DNA from: Escherichia phage RB69
Sequence record: NC_004928.1
Strand: one strand, 5' to 3'
DNA length: 64,000 nucleotides
A program made the position numbers and the translations under genes. Position 1 is the first letter of the stretch, and each line of letters starts with the position of its first letter. Below are positions 22,641-33,408 of this stretch, piece by piece. The notes below the pieces were generated by a model. That model had not been told where the DNA came from. It did not search any database and was given only the letters and a program-made list of their open reading frames with translations.

Positions 22641-22652
22641 TATTTATAAATA
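22641..22652. promoter_or_regulatory. Divergent overlapping late promoters (TATAAATA on both strands) for gene 26 (-) and gene 51 (+)
   Basis: Plus tatTTATAAATAat contains TATAAATA at 22645-22652 and its complement at 22641-22648. Confidence 0.6.
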
Positions 22653-22669
22653 ATAGAAAAGGAGTAATT

Positions 22670-23425
22670 ATGGCTAATATAATTCGTTGTAAATTACCGG
22701 ATGGTGTTCATCGTTTTAAGCCGTTCACTGTGGCGGATTATAGAGACTTTTTACTAGTTAGAAATGATATCGAACATCGTTCGCCGCAAGAACAAAAAGA
22801 AATAATTGCCGATCTGATTGATGATGATTATTTTGGCGAGTACCCTAAAACATGGCAACCATTTATATTCCTGCAAGTTTTTGCAGGCTCTATAGGCAAA
22901 ACAAAAGTTCCCGTTATTTTCACTTGCCCTAAATGCTCTAAAGAAAAAACTGCACCATTTGAGATATATCAAAAAGAACTAGTCGAACCTGAACTTGATG
23001 TTGCTGGTATAAAAATACGTTTTTCTTTCCCTGAAAAGTTTTATGACAATAAAGCATTAATGATAAGTGAAAACATAAAAGAAATATATTATAATGATGA
23101 ATGGTACCCATGGAATGATTTGACTGAAGAGAACCAAATCCAAGTAATAGAAGCAATAGACATTGACTCGCTCGAGAAGGTTATTGCTTCTATGAATCCT
23201 ATTAATTTGACCCTTAGATTAGGTTGTTGTGAACGTCATGTTAAAACATATACTGATATCTTAGAGGTTTTTAAATTGTTAGTTAACCCTGATGAGATTT
23301 TTACATTTTATCAGATAAACCATTCACTAGTAAAGAGTCAATACACATTGGATTCTATTATGCAAATGATTCCTGTTGAACGTGGTATTGCTTTAACATT
23401 AGTAGAAAAGGACCATAAAAAATGA
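22670..23425 (+). CDS. 51: Baseplate hub assembly catalyst gp51
   Basis: 251 aa; position and size as T4 gp51. Confidence 0.88.
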   Translation: MANIIRCKLPDGVHRFKPFTVADYRDFLLVRNDIEHRSPQEQKEIIADLIDDDYFGEYPKTWQPFIFLQVFAGSIGKTKVPVIFTCPKCSKEKTAPFEIYQKELVEPELDVAGIKIRFSFPEKFYDNKALMISENIKEIYYNDEWYPWNDLTEENQIQVIEAIDIDSLEKVIASMNPINLTLRLGCCERHVKTYTDILEVFKLLVNPDEIFTFYQINHSLVKSQYTLDSIMQMIPVERGIALTLVEKDHKK

Positions 23426-24594
23426 CAGTATTCCAACGTCCAGGATATCCTAACTTAAGCGTTAAATTATATCAAGATTATTCGGCTTGGCAAGAAAATA
23501 GATACGTTGAACTCGCGGCAACAATAACAACTTTAACCATGCGAGATTCGCTATATGGAAGAAATGAAGGGATTCTTCAATTTTATGACACTAAAAACAT
23601 CCACACTAAAATGGATGGTAGACAGATAGTCCAAATCTCTGTTTCAAATTCAAACACACCTCTCCAAGTTAGAACTCGAATTTATGGATGTAGACATTAT
23701 TCTGTGTCTGTAGACTCAAAAGGTGACAATATTATTGCAATTGAGCTTGGAACAATACATTCTATAGAGAACCTTAAATTTGGACGGCCATTCTTCCCAG
23801 ACGCAGGAGAATCTATACGTGAAATGTTAGGTGTCATATACAAAGACCGTACGTTAATTACTCCGCCAATAAACACTATTAATGCTTATGTTCCTGATAT
23901 TCCTTGGACAAGCACATTTGATGATTATTTGGCATATGTCAGAGAATTAGGACTTGCTACAGCGAGTGATAAGTTCGTATTCGTATGGCAAGATATTTTA
24001 GGCGTAAACATGATTGACTACGATACTCTTATTGGCCAGGAAGGCATTAAGATGGTTGTAGGCGAGCCAAATACCGTAGGTCAGTATATTCAAGAGCTTG
24101 AGTATCCATTAGTATGGGATTTTACCTGGATGACTAAAGCTAACCAATTTACAAGAGACCCTATTAAAAACGCCACGGTATTCGCCCATTCATTTTTAGA
24201 TACATCTATTCCGGTTATTGTTACAGGTGATGGTGATAACGCTATTGTTGTGTCAAGATCCGGTGGATATTCCGAAATGACCTATCGTAATGGATTTGAA
24301 GAAGCAAGTCGTCTTCAGACAATGGCTCAATATGACGGATATGCTAAATGCACTACTACAGGTAATTTTAACATAACGCCTGCTACTAAAATTATATTTG
24401 TTGACCAAAAGAACCAATTCAAATCTGAATTTTACGTAGATGAAGTTATTCATGAGTTATCAAATAACAACTCACAAACTCATCTGTACATGTTTACCAA
24501 CTCAATGGTGTTAGAACCTGTTAACCCAGTTAAGGTTAAAAATGAACTTAAATCTGATTCTACCTCTAAAGAAAATAATTCTACCACAGTCTAA
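23422..24594 (+). CDS. 27: Baseplate hub protein gp27
   Basis: 390 aa; long identity to recalled T4 gp27. Confidence 0.95.
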   Translation: MTVFQRPGYPNLSVKLYQDYSAWQENRYVELAATITTLTMRDSLYGRNEGILQFYDTKNIHTKMDGRQIVQISVSNSNTPLQVRTRIYGCRHYSVSVDSKGDNIIAIELGTIHSIENLKFGRPFFPDAGESIREMLGVIYKDRTLITPPINTINAYVPDIPWTSTFDDYLAYVRELGLATASDKFVFVWQDILGVNMIDYDTLIGQEGIKMVVGEPNTVGQYIQELEYPLVWDFTWMTKANQFTRDPIKNATVFAHSFLDTSIPVIVTGDGDNAIVVSRSGGYSEMTYRNGFEEASRLQTMAQYDGYAKCTTTGNFNITPATKIIFVDQKNQFKSEFYVDEVIHELSNNNSQTHLYMFTNSMVLEPVNPVKVKNELKSDSTSKENNSTTV

Positions 24595-25075
24595 TAAAAA
24601 GGTAATGATTCCCAAATTAGGGCTCAAACATTATAATCTTTTAAAGGACGTTAAAGGTCCTGACGAAAACATGAAAATCTTAGCTGATTCTATTTGTAAA
24701 AATATGAGTCCCGCAGATTTTGATTTTGCATGTCTACACATATTGGAATTTAATAACAAACTTAAGTCTGAAGTTGAAAAAGACGGATTCACATATAAAC
24801 TAGATGACGTCTATGTATGCCAACGAACAGAATTCCAATTCCAAGGCAATACTTTTTATTTTAGACCCCCAGGCAAATTTGAACAATTCGCTACAATCAG
24901 TGAAATGCTATCAAATTGCTTAATAAAAGTTAATGACGAAGAGAAAGAAATTTCTTTCCTTGAGATGCCTGCTTTTGTAATCAAATGGGCAGAAGACCTT
25001 TCGACAACTATTGCTATTCCAGGCCCTAATGGCCCTATTAAGGGTATAGCAGAAATTATTGGATTGCTTGAATGA
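24542..25075 (+). CDS. 28: Baseplate hub distal subunit gp28 (an alternative start at 24605 would avoid overlap with gene 27)
   Basis: 177 aa ORF, same length as T4 gp28; synteny. Confidence 0.8.
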   Translation: MNLNLILPLKKIILPQSNKKVMIPKLGLKHYNLLKDVKGPDENMKILADSICKNMSPADFDFACLHILEFNNKLKSEVEKDGFTYKLDDVYVCQRTEFQFQGNTFYFRPPGKFEQFATISEMLSNCLIKVNDEEKEISFLEMPAFVIKWAEDLSTTIAIPGPNGPIKGIAEIIGLLE

Positions 25076-26844
25076 AACCTGAAGAAATGAAATCCATGCG
25101 TAGAAATAAGGTCATTGCCGATAATAAACCACAAAAAGTAGCTGCAACAGCAGCTACCGATTCATTAGAAGCATTGAATAACATTTCATCAAAACTAGAC
25201 GATGTCCAAGCTGCGTCTGAACTCACATCACAAAGTGTAGAAGATAAAGGCAATGGAATTATTGAATCAATTGGAGACTTAAAGAATTCGACAGATAATA
25301 CTGCTGAAGGCACAGAGCTTATCGCAGAAGTTATTGAAAAACAAACTGAAGTCACTAAAAGTATAAACGAAGTTTCTAGTGCAATAAGCTCTAAGTTAGA
25401 CCGATTAGCTACATTATTAGAGCAAAAATTACAAACATCTACCGCTATTCAAAATACAGGAGGCACCTCTCTTGAAGTAATTGAGAATGCAATACCTGTT
25501 AAAGTGGTTGAGAATGAAACTTCTGATGAGTTGTTTAAAGCATTCCCTACACCTGAAAAGATCGATAATAAGCCAGACGAAGATTTCTTCCCAACGCCGG
25601 TTCAAGAAAGTGCTAATTCTACTTCCGATTCTAAAGGCGGGATTAGCTTTAAATTGAGCGATAAAATTGCAATGCTCACCAAAACAGTTCAAACCGGGTT
25701 TAATAAATCAATATCAATTTCAGACAGAATTGCTGGAATGCTTTTCAAATACACTATAACGGCTGCTATTGAAGCAGCAAAAATGGCCGCACTTATTCTT
25801 GGTATTGTTATCGGTATTGATTTATTGATAGTCCATTTCAAATATTGGACAGACAAGTTCACTTCTGCCTGGGATTTATTTGATGAAAACTTTACTAAAT
25901 TCTCCGATGAAGCTAAAGAGTGGGGTAAATTCTTAAGTGATATATTCACTTCTATTGACTCGATAAAACAATTGTGGGAAGCTGGAGACTGGGGTGGTTT
26001 AACCGTTGCTATTGTCAAAGGTGTAGGAACAGCATTAATGAACTTAGGTGAACTAATTCAATTAGGAATGGCTAAACTCTCCGCATCTATATTGCGTGCT
26101 ATAGGTTTTGGTGATACCGCGGACGAAATAGAAGGACGTGCTTTAGAAGGATTCCAAGAAACTACTGGGAACAAATTAAAGAAAGAAGACCAAGAGAAAG
26201 TCGCCAAATATCAAATGAAGCGTGACGACGGGGAATTAGGAACCGTTTCTAAAGGTCTTGATATGTTACAACGCGGCAAAACATTCGTTACTAACTGGGT
26301 TCGTGGTAATGATAATAAAGAAGAGTTTAGTACAAGCGATGAGCGTGCTGCGGAATCGGCAAAATTAAAAGAGTTACCTGAAGAGGAACGTAAAGAGGCA
26401 TATATAAAAGCTAATGAAACTCGGGCAGCCTTAGTTAGATTTGAGGATTATATCGATAAAATCGATATGACTAATCCGGAAAATGCTAAAAACGTTGAGA
26501 AGTCTTATGCCGATTTAAGTAAACTTATTAAAGACCCTGAACTTAATAAAACTCCTGTTGTTAAAAAGGAATTAGATGCTAGATTTGAAAAGCTAAATAA
26601 TAAAATGGCTGAAGCCAAAAAGGCTCAGACAACAGTTAAGCCTGAATCTTCGTCTAAATCTCCGGAAGCAAAACAAGTTCAGTCAATAGAGAAAGGACGT
26701 GCTTCTGAATCTAAACAACAGCAACCGGTAGCGACGATTAGTAATACAAATAATGTCGTCAAAAAGAATACCGTAGTCCAGAATATGACCCCTGTAACAA
26801 GTACAACGGCTCCTGGAATTTTCCATGCCACCGGTGTTAATTAA
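25072..26844 (+). CDS. 29: Baseplate hub / tail length determinator gp29
   Basis: 590 aa; alignable throughout with recalled T4 gp29. Confidence 0.92.
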   Translation: MKPEEMKSMRRNKVIADNKPQKVAATAATDSLEALNNISSKLDDVQAASELTSQSVEDKGNGIIESIGDLKNSTDNTAEGTELIAEVIEKQTEVTKSINEVSSAISSKLDRLATLLEQKLQTSTAIQNTGGTSLEVIENAIPVKVVENETSDELFKAFPTPEKIDNKPDEDFFPTPVQESANSTSDSKGGISFKLSDKIAMLTKTVQTGFNKSISISDRIAGMLFKYTITAAIEAAKMAALILGIVIGIDLLIVHFKYWTDKFTSAWDLFDENFTKFSDEAKEWGKFLSDIFTSIDSIKQLWEAGDWGGLTVAIVKGVGTALMNLGELIQLGMAKLSASILRAIGFGDTADEIEGRALEGFQETTGNKLKKEDQEKVAKYQMKRDDGELGTVSKGLDMLQRGKTFVTNWVRGNDNKEEFSTSDERAAESAKLKELPEEERKEAYIKANETRAALVRFEDYIDKIDMTNPENAKNVEKSYADLSKLIKDPELNKTPVVKKELDARFEKLNNKMAEAKKAQTTVKPESSSKSPEAKQVQSIEKGRASESKQQQPVATISNTNNVVKKNTVVQNMTPVTSTTAPGIFHATGVN

Positions 26845-26852
26845 GGATTATT

Positions 26853-27962
26853 ATGATTAGTGTAAAAGAAATAGTAGTAGATGCAAAGGATTTAAATAAA
26901 GCAATCCCAGTCTCAGAAAGTGCTGGGCAAAGCACTAAAACCGAAACAACTACTAAAACTTATGTTGCTCAATTTCCTACAGGAAGAGCAGCCGGAAATG
27001 ACTCCACAGGAGACTTCCAGGTAACAGACCTTTATAAGAATGGATTATTATTTACCGCGTACAATATGTCTGCACGCGATTCAGGATCCCTAAGAAATTT
27101 ACGTCCGGCATACGCCGGGACTTCATCTAATGGTATCATATCAGATTTAACTGATAATGTGAAAGATGCAGTGACTAAATTCTCAAATGGATTGCTTCCT
27201 GCCGGAGCTAATAAATCTACTATAAATAAAACTCCTGTTGCTAATATACTTTTGCCACGTTCCAAATCTGACGTTGATACAACTTCACATCGTTTTAATG
27301 ATATCGGTGATAGCCTTATTACTAAAGGTGGAGGTACTGCTACGGGCGTTTTAAGTAACATTGCTTCTACTGCAGTTTTTGGTGCATTAGATTCTATTAC
27401 TCAAGGGCTTATGGCTGATAATAACGAACAGATTTATACGACTTCTCGTAGTATGTATGGCGGTGCTGAGAACCGTACTAAAGTCTTTACATGGGATTTA
27501 ACTCCACGTTCAACTGAAGACCTTATGGCTATTATAAACATTTACCAGTATTTTAACTATTTCTCATATGGTGAGACCGGTAAATCACAATACGCCCAAG
27601 AGATTAAAAGTTATTTAGACGAATGGTACCGTTCAACGTTTATTGAGCCTATGACACCAGACGATGCTGTAAAAAATAAGACATTGTTTGAAAAGATTAC
27701 TGCGTCATTAACAAACGTATTAGTTGTAAGCAACCCTACGATTTGGATGGTTAAAAACTTTGGACACACATCTAAATTTGACGGGTTAACTGATGTATTT
27801 GGCCCATGTCAAATTCAAAGCGTACGTTTTGATAAAACTCCAAATGGACAATTTAATGGTCTTGCTGTTGCTCCTAACTTACCGTCAACATTTACGTTAG
27901 AGATAACAATGCGAGAAATTATTACATTAAACCGTTCTTCACTTTATGCGGGGACTTTCTAA
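26853..27962 (+). CDS. 48: Baseplate tail tube cap gp48
   Basis: 369 aa; synteny. Confidence 0.88.
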   Translation: MISVKEIVVDAKDLNKAIPVSESAGQSTKTETTTKTYVAQFPTGRAAGNDSTGDFQVTDLYKNGLLFTAYNMSARDSGSLRNLRPAYAGTSSNGIISDLTDNVKDAVTKFSNGLLPAGANKSTINKTPVANILLPRSKSDVDTTSHRFNDIGDSLITKGGGTATGVLSNIASTAVFGALDSITQGLMADNNEQIYTTSRSMYGGAENRTKVFTWDLTPRSTEDLMAIINIYQYFNYFSYGETGKSQYAQEIKSYLDEWYRSTFIEPMTPDDAVKNKTLFEKITASLTNVLVVSNPTIWMVKNFGHTSKFDGLTDVFGPCQIQSVRFDKTPNGQFNGLAVAPNLPSTFTLEITMREIITLNRSSLYAGTF

Positions 27963-28924
27963 TGTACTCTTTAGAAGAATTTAATAACCAAGCTATAAAT
28001 GCAGATTTCCAACGAAACAATATGTTTAGTTGTGTATTTGCTACTACACCGTCGACCAAATCGTCTTCACTAATTTCGTCAATTGGTAGTTTTGCTTATA
28101 ATAACTTAGGGTTGGATTCAGATTGGCTAGGATTGACTCAAGGTGATATCAATCAGGGCGTAACAACCCTGATTACAGCAGGAACACAGAAATTAATTCG
28201 AAAATCAGGTGTAAGTAAATATCTGATTGGAGCAATGAGCCAACGTACGGTACAAAGCTTGTTAGGTGAGTTCACAGTAGGAGCTTATCTGATAGACTTC
28301 TTCAATATGGCATATAATAATACAGGTTTAATGATTTATTCTGTAAAAATGCCTGAGAACCGATTATCTTATGAAACGGATTTCAACTATAACTCCCCGA
28401 ACATCCGAATTACCGGTCGAGAAATGGACCCGTTAGTAATAAGCTTTAGAATGGATTCCGAAGCATCTAACTTTAGAGCAATGCAGGACTGGGTAAACTC
28501 AGTCCAAGACCCTGTAACAGGTCTTCGCGCTTTACCACAAGACGTCGAAGCAGATATTCAGGTTAATTTACATGCGCGAAATGGTTTACCACATACCGCT
28601 GTCATGTTCACTGGATGTATTCCTGTTAGCGTCTCTTCTCCTGAGTTAACGTATGATGGTGATAACCAAATAACAGTTTTTGACGTAACATTTGCTTATC
28701 GCGTTATGCAATCAGGTGCTGTAAATAGACAGGCTGCTTTAGAATGGCTGGAATCAGGACTTATTAGTAGTGTTTCAGGAATGTTTGGAAATAATCAGAA
28801 TGATTCTGGACTAGGAAGTGCAGTATCAAGACTTTCTAGATTAGGTGGGACTGCTGGTGGTGTGTCTAATATAAACACATTGACAGGTGTGGTGAATTCT
28901 GCGTCAAGAGTTTTAGGACTATAA
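27962..28924 (+). CDS. 54: Baseplate tail tube initiator gp54
   Basis: 320 aa, same length as T4 gp54; synteny. Confidence 0.9.
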   Translation: MYSLEEFNNQAINADFQRNNMFSCVFATTPSTKSSSLISSIGSFAYNNLGLDSDWLGLTQGDINQGVTTLITAGTQKLIRKSGVSKYLIGAMSQRTVQSLLGEFTVGAYLIDFFNMAYNNTGLMIYSVKMPENRLSYETDFNYNSPNIRITGREMDPLVISFRMDSEASNFRAMQDWVNSVQDPVTGLRALPQDVEADIQVNLHARNGLPHTAVMFTGCIPVSVSSPELTYDGDNQITVFDVTFAYRVMQSGAVNRQAALEWLESGLISSVSGMFGNNQNDSGLGSAVSRLSRLGGTAGGVSNINTLTGVVNSASRVLGL

Positions 28925-28925
28925 G

Positions 28926-28950
28926 AAAAAGGGAGACAACGTCTCCCTTT
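28926..28950. terminator. Bidirectional rho-independent terminator (aaaaa-GGGAGAC-aac-GUCUCCC-ttt) between gene 54 and the alt-side genes
   Basis: Read directly. Confidence 0.75.
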
Positions 28951-28956
28951 AGGGGT

Positions 28957-29250
28957 TTATTTACGGAATGAAAGGAATGCTGGTGCTCGGAATGGAGTAT
29001 CATCTTTAGAGTATTTAACTAATACGACCATTGGTACCTCTGTTTCTAAATGACCTGTCACTACACCTATAAAAATTTGGTCGGTGTGCTCAGGGTCACG
29101 AAAGTTTTTAAGAGGTTCCATAGCAATATGGAATGCACCTGGGAATACTCGATTCAATTCGTCAATCACAGCTTCGTTAAAAACATCATCTGCTGGAATA
29201 ACATTTTCAACTACTAGTTCTTGACCATTAAAGCGAAGCATAGATTTCAT
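28957..29250 (-). CDS. Hypothetical protein downstream of alt (alt.-1-like)
   Basis: ORF 28957..29322; SD GAGGAAA before the internal ATG (MKSMLRFNGQ...) gives a 97 aa product without overlapping alt. Confidence 0.5.
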   Translation of the reverse strand: MKSMLRFNGQELVVENVIPADDVFNEAVIDELNRVFPGAFHIAMEPLKNFRDPEHTDQIFIGVVTGHLETEVPMVVLVKYSKDDTPFRAPAFLSFRK

Positions 29251-29308
29251 AACGGTTTCCTCATGTTGTTGATGGGATGATAGTATAACACATCCATGTG
29301 CTTGTAAA

Positions 29309-31396
29309 CTATCCTTGGACAAATTTAAACGGAACTGATTCTAAATCCATTAAAGATGCTAACAATTTCAAACCTTTAGGTGCGCTAGTTTTTTCTACAA
29401 ATGAAGAGAACGATACCGGCTCATCTGATTCGATTTCACCTGTCATAGCAACCACCTCACCTGTTTCCATGAGAACATCACCATCATAAATGACAGCTTC
29501 ATCTAACTGGTCTGAGGACATGACTTCAGCTTGAATAAATTTAAGGTTGGATTCTAAACCTGCACCAGTGTCAGATGACGCATCTGTAATTTTATTTATC
29601 TGCAAGAGAATGCCTCTAGGCAAAATAATTTCTTGCTCATTAGGGTGATTACTCAACTGTCCTGGATAAATCACGTTAACTTTATGAGCACCATCAATAG
29701 CCCATCCAACGTTAACACGGATTTGTTCTGGTGCATGCATAGCTGTTCTTACTTGACTAGGAGAAATAGTAACACCTTCGTCATTATTGTCAATGTTAAG
29801 CTCTTTGCGAACGTTCTTCAGGAGCAAGTCCAAGGGCAACGTTCTCTTTAAACCCACCGAAAATAATAGGAGCTTGTGAAGTGGAAACATAGTTTCTGAA
29901 GTAGAATACCTTATTTTTAACCATTGCTTCGTAAATAGGCATTCTGATAGACTGAGCTCTATATAACGTTTGTCCTTCAGGTAACGGTCTCCATTTAAAA
30001 ACGCCGAATCAAGACCATCAATAGCGCGTTTAACTTCATCTTCATCTGCAACATCGTAAAAATCTGGTTTATAACGACCTAACAACATATTATTGATATC
30101 GGTATACGCAGAAGAGGCATATTCACGAATAGCTCGTTTTTCAGCAACAGAGTATTGTTTAGGGTCCCGATTCATTGTTATATTAAAGGTGCCTCTAGCC
30201 GATTCTCGTGCATAAGTATACATCACATTAGACAAGAACGCTGATTTACGTTGTTTCCAAGTTTTTTCAGATACTTCAGCTAAAACGTCGTCGGCCAGTT
30301 GGAAATTATCACGTCTAAAATCTTCAAACCATTCGTCTTTAATAGAGTCTGCAATCTCATTTGCAGCTTCAACAAAAGCAGCTAATGCTTTAACAGATGT
30401 TGTTTTTTCAGTTTTAATTTTCTTAGCAAACTTTTCTAAAGTTGGCTTAATAACACCACCATAAGAAACTTCATCAGCAAATTTAAAGGATTCATCAATA
30501 CGATTATAAATCTTATTTTCGATATCAGCAACTAAAGTGCCTTTTGCTGTGGACGATGCTTGGGCTAGTACTATTTCATATGCTTCAGGAAGTAATTCGG
30601 CTGTAGCCGGGCCACTAACTTCTTTAGCAGAATTTTCGTATTTCTGGAATAACTCACCTTCTTGGCGGTCCGCTTCTAAAGATTGACTTGCTGCAATAGC
30701 ACGACGAGAAATTTTAGTACGAGCAATAACAGGCTTATCTTTACGTTTTTCTTCTACAGCAGCAATAGAACCAGCGATAGCCGTTTCTTTGGTGACCTTT
30801 TCGCCAGTCTTTTTACTCACATAAACTTCGCCAACATCAGAATCTACTTTCGTGTACAACTCTGTGTTAATGTTAGGGATGCCTTTAATATCTTCAATGT
30901 TGGCATTTTTACGAACCATCATCACATAGGTGTGTTTACCTGTGAATTGATACATTGCCGACAATACTTTAAAACGACCACCGGTTTTAGTAGAAACTAA
31001 ACGAGCAAGAAGAGTTTGAAGCTGCTGTCCACGTCCTTTCAATTTCTTGGTAGGGAATCGGAACAGAACTGCATCCATACGAAGAGCTTTAACCTGTTCA
31101 TATACTGTATTGAAAATGGTGTTGATTGCATCAATAGGAGCAGGACCAAGGCCATTTTTCAATTCAGCGAGATTACCCTTTTCAGATAGACTCATAATAA
31201 CAACATGAGCGTATTTGTCGCCAAGTTTAACTTGTTTTACAGCATCACCTTCGGAAAGGTAAGAGAATAAGCGAACTACGATGTTTGTATCGATATCACC
31301 AATTTTCCAGACTTGTGGAACTTTAGCTTTAGGGTTCAAATTGACGACAGGAAGACTGCCTTCAGATTCAAACACTTCATTTAATTGTTCAGACAT
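29309..31396 (-). CDS. alt: Alt ADP-ribosyltransferase; the ORF is open (695 codons) but the catalytic R/STS region appears out of frame
   Basis: Position next to gene 30 as in T4; ExE-like NEQEIILPRG in frame; LYR and YVSTS motifs present only in an alternative frame across about 29800-30008. Confidence 0.8.
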   Translation of the reverse strand: MSEQLNEVFESEGSLPVVNLNPKAKVPQVWKIGDIDTNIVVRLFSYLSEGDAVKQVKLGDKYAHVVIMSLSEKGNLAELKNGLGPAPIDAINTIFNTVYEQVKALRMDAVLFRFPTKKLKGRGQQLQTLLARLVSTKTGGRFKVLSAMYQFTGKHTYVMMVRKNANIEDIKGIPNINTELYTKVDSDVGEVYVSKKTGEKVTKETAIAGSIAAVEEKRKDKPVIARTKISRRAIAASQSLEADRQEGELFQKYENSAKEVSGPATAELLPEAYEIVLAQASSTAKGTLVADIENKIYNRIDESFKFADEVSYGGVIKPTLEKFAKKIKTEKTTSVKALAAFVEAANEIADSIKDEWFEDFRRDNFQLADDVLAEVSEKTWKQRKSAFLSNVMYTYARESARGTFNITMNRDPKQYSVAEKRAIREYASSAYTDINNMLLGRYKPDFYDVADEDEVKRAIDGLDSAFLNGDRYLKDKRYIELSLSECLFTKQWLKIRYSTSETMFPLHKLLLFSVGLKRTLPLDLLLKNVRKELNIDNNDEGVTISPSQVRTAMHAPEQIRVNVGWAIDGAHKVNVIYPGQLSNHPNEQEIILPRGILLQINKITDASSDTGAGLESNLKFIQAEVMSSDQLDEAVIYDGDVLMETGEVVAMTGEIESDEPVSFSSFVEKTSAPKGLKLLASLMDLESVPFKFVQG

Positions 31397-31416
31397 AGTG
31401 TTTTCCTTTTAGTAAT

Positions 31417-31424
31417 AATTTATA
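31417..31424 (-). promoter_or_regulatory. Late-promoter-like TATAAATT (7 of 8) upstream of alt
   Basis: Minus-strand aaaTATAAATTatta about 25 nt upstream of the alt ATG. Confidence 0.4.
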
Positions 31425-31431
31425 TTTATGC

Positions 31432-31453
31432 CAAAAAGAGCCCGAAGGCTCTT
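31432..31453 (-). terminator. Rho-independent terminator (AGAGCC-UUCG-GGCUCU plus U-run) upstream of alt
   Basis: Read on reverse complement. Confidence 0.65.
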
Positions 31454-31640
31454 AATCCACAATCTGGAGCAAAGTACGATAAACTTCAAAATTAGGGCCT
31501 TTTTCGTACTTATCAAAATTGTCCATAAAAATATGATAGGAATCGTTATTAGGAAAATCTAATACAATTTGGGAACAAGAGGTGGAAACATCACCACCAT
31601 CTTTATTAGCGACAACTACTGTTTCTAAATAAGCTTTCAT
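31452..31640 (-). CDS. Hypothetical protein (62 aa) between gene 30 and alt
   Basis: ORF with start overlapping the gene 30 stop. Confidence 0.5.
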   Translation of the reverse strand: MKAYLETVVVANKDGGDVSTSCSQIVLDFPNNDSYHIFMDNFDKYEKGPNFEVYRTLLQIVD

Positions 31641-33133
31641 TATACACCCGTCTGGTCCCAGGACCCAAATACGTCTTCAAACGAATCCGCTTCTGTTTTA
31701 TCAAAACGGAACCCTTTAATAATTGGAAGGAAAATACCTACAGTACCTTCACGGCCTTTAGAATGAACCCAACCATTACATTCACAATCAGCGATACGTC
31801 CAATCAATTTACCTTCACGAGCTTCGGACATTAATCGTTCACGGTCCAAATCATGACGCTCGTCTAAAGGAATAAGAACCTTTACACCGTCAACTGTTTT
31901 ATGAGTTGTATCTTTAAAACCTGAACCACAATCGGTTGTAATACGACGACAACGTGATACGAGTTCGACACCACCCAATTTGTTAGGGTCTTTAGAGTGT
32001 TCATAGTATCCTACAACTTCTAAAGCTATATCAATAACTTCTTTAAATTTAATTAGGTTCTTAGAGCGTTTGTTTTCCCAATATGAATCACGGTTTTTAA
32101 GGATAATACCTTCAAGACCTTGGTCAACATATTTTTTATAAACCACTTTAGCTTCGTCAAGATTACGAACTAACTGATTTTCAATTGGCTCAATTCGTTT
32201 AAAGCCTTCAGCCATATTTTCAAGAGCAGCAAAACGAACATCGTATTTCTGACCTTTAATTTTGCCATCAGAATAGACTTCATCTAAAGGAACATAGTCC
32301 CAGGCTTGAAGAACCATACCTTCAGCTTCTTTAGGAGAAATAGTCCCTTGAAGAGATTTATTTGCTAAACCGTTTGAAGTGCTACGGTCTGCAACTTGTA
32401 CTTCTTCGGATTCTTCATTATCACCAAATAAGAACGACAGGTCATTTCCTGAGCTCACAGCCTTTTTAATATCAAATGAATGATAAACTAATTCGCCGTC
32501 GATTAAAACCCCATTAGGGTGTCTTTCACGAGCTTCTTTAGTCATTTCCATTAGTTCATCTGCTAATAGGGTAAGACCATGGTATTCATTACCAGCACGA
32601 GAAAAGAATTGAACACCATCATCGCGAACTTCAGCGAAACAACGAGCACCATCTGCTTTTAATTGAGCAAATGCAGGCCATTTAATATTTTTAGTAATCA
32701 ATTTCTCATCATATGCAGATGCTAACATCTGTGGTTGCAATTGAATAAGTCCTGGCCACACCTTATTCGCGATAGACACTGAAGCACCTACTTCAAGGTC
32801 GCGCATCATTACACGACGAAGGACTTCTACATCATCAGGTTTACCGTCAGCGATATAACCCATGAGCTCTTTAATTGCAGCATTACCAGTGAGTTTACGA
32901 GTGGCTAATGTGAACTCAATAAAATCCAACATGTCATCTAATTCAAGAAGACCATATGCCTGAGACCTTTCACCTGGCCCAGGCCATTTCTTAATATAAT
33001 ACTGAATGCCACGTGCATATGTTAAACGATACACGCGTTCAAGTAATTTGTTGTCCTTATTTTTCTTAAGGATTTCCTGTTTTGTTTTAGTAGAACCGAT
33101 CGCAGCTATTTGGTTTAAAATATCTAAAATCAT
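31640..33133 (-). CDS. 30: ATP-dependent DNA ligase gp30
   Basis: 497 aa; N-terminus MILDILNQIAAIGSTK and adenylation motif KADGAR match recalled T4 DNA ligase. Confidence 0.95.
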   Translation of the reverse strand: MILDILNQIAAIGSTKTKQEILKKNKDNKLLERVYRLTYARGIQYYIKKWPGPGERSQAYGLLELDDMLDFIEFTLATRKLTGNAAIKELMGYIADGKPDDVEVLRRVMMRDLEVGASVSIANKVWPGLIQLQPQMLASAYDEKLITKNIKWPAFAQLKADGARCFAEVRDDGVQFFSRAGNEYHGLTLLADELMEMTKEARERHPNGVLIDGELVYHSFDIKKAVSSGNDLSFLFGDNEESEEVQVADRSTSNGLANKSLQGTISPKEAEGMVLQAWDYVPLDEVYSDGKIKGQKYDVRFAALENMAEGFKRIEPIENQLVRNLDEAKVVYKKYVDQGLEGIILKNRDSYWENKRSKNLIKFKEVIDIALEVVGYYEHSKDPNKLGGVELVSRCRRITTDCGSGFKDTTHKTVDGVKVLIPLDERHDLDRERLMSEAREGKLIGRIADCECNGWVHSKGREGTVGIFLPIIKGFRFDKTEADSFEDVFGSWDQTGV

Positions 33134-33399
33134 TTGATATCCTCGATTTTGGTTACGGTTCTATTATAAGCCACTTCATCTAGAAGCGATTTCAGCGTTT
33201 TCTGATAAGTGGTAATCCGTTTACCGAGTCCTTCAACATAATATTCTGAAATGTAGATGAACCCTTGTTCAACACACTCTTTAAATATTTCTGCGTCTTT
33301 TACTGAACGAAACAATGGCCGGTCTCGAAAGAACATGTTAACGTGACCGTAGTCACGCGTTGTGTTTTTGCCATCTGTAATATCATGAACTACAAACAT
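33130..33399 (-). CDS. Hypothetical protein (30.1-like)
   Basis: 89 aa ORF; 4-nt overlap with gene 30. Confidence 0.55.
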   Translation of the reverse strand: MFVVHDITDGKNTTRDYGHVNMFFRDRPLFRSVKDAEIFKECVEQGFIYISEYYVEGLGKRITTYQKTLKSLLDEVAYNRTVTKIEDIK

Positions 33400-33408
33400 A
33401 ATTAACCC

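Noticed and set aside
29795-30010. Programmed ribosomal frameshifting as the explanation for the alt and nrdB frame switches
   Set aside because: Each gene needs two opposite shifts, and I see no slippery heptamer or downstream stimulatory structure at either junction; indels are more parsimonious
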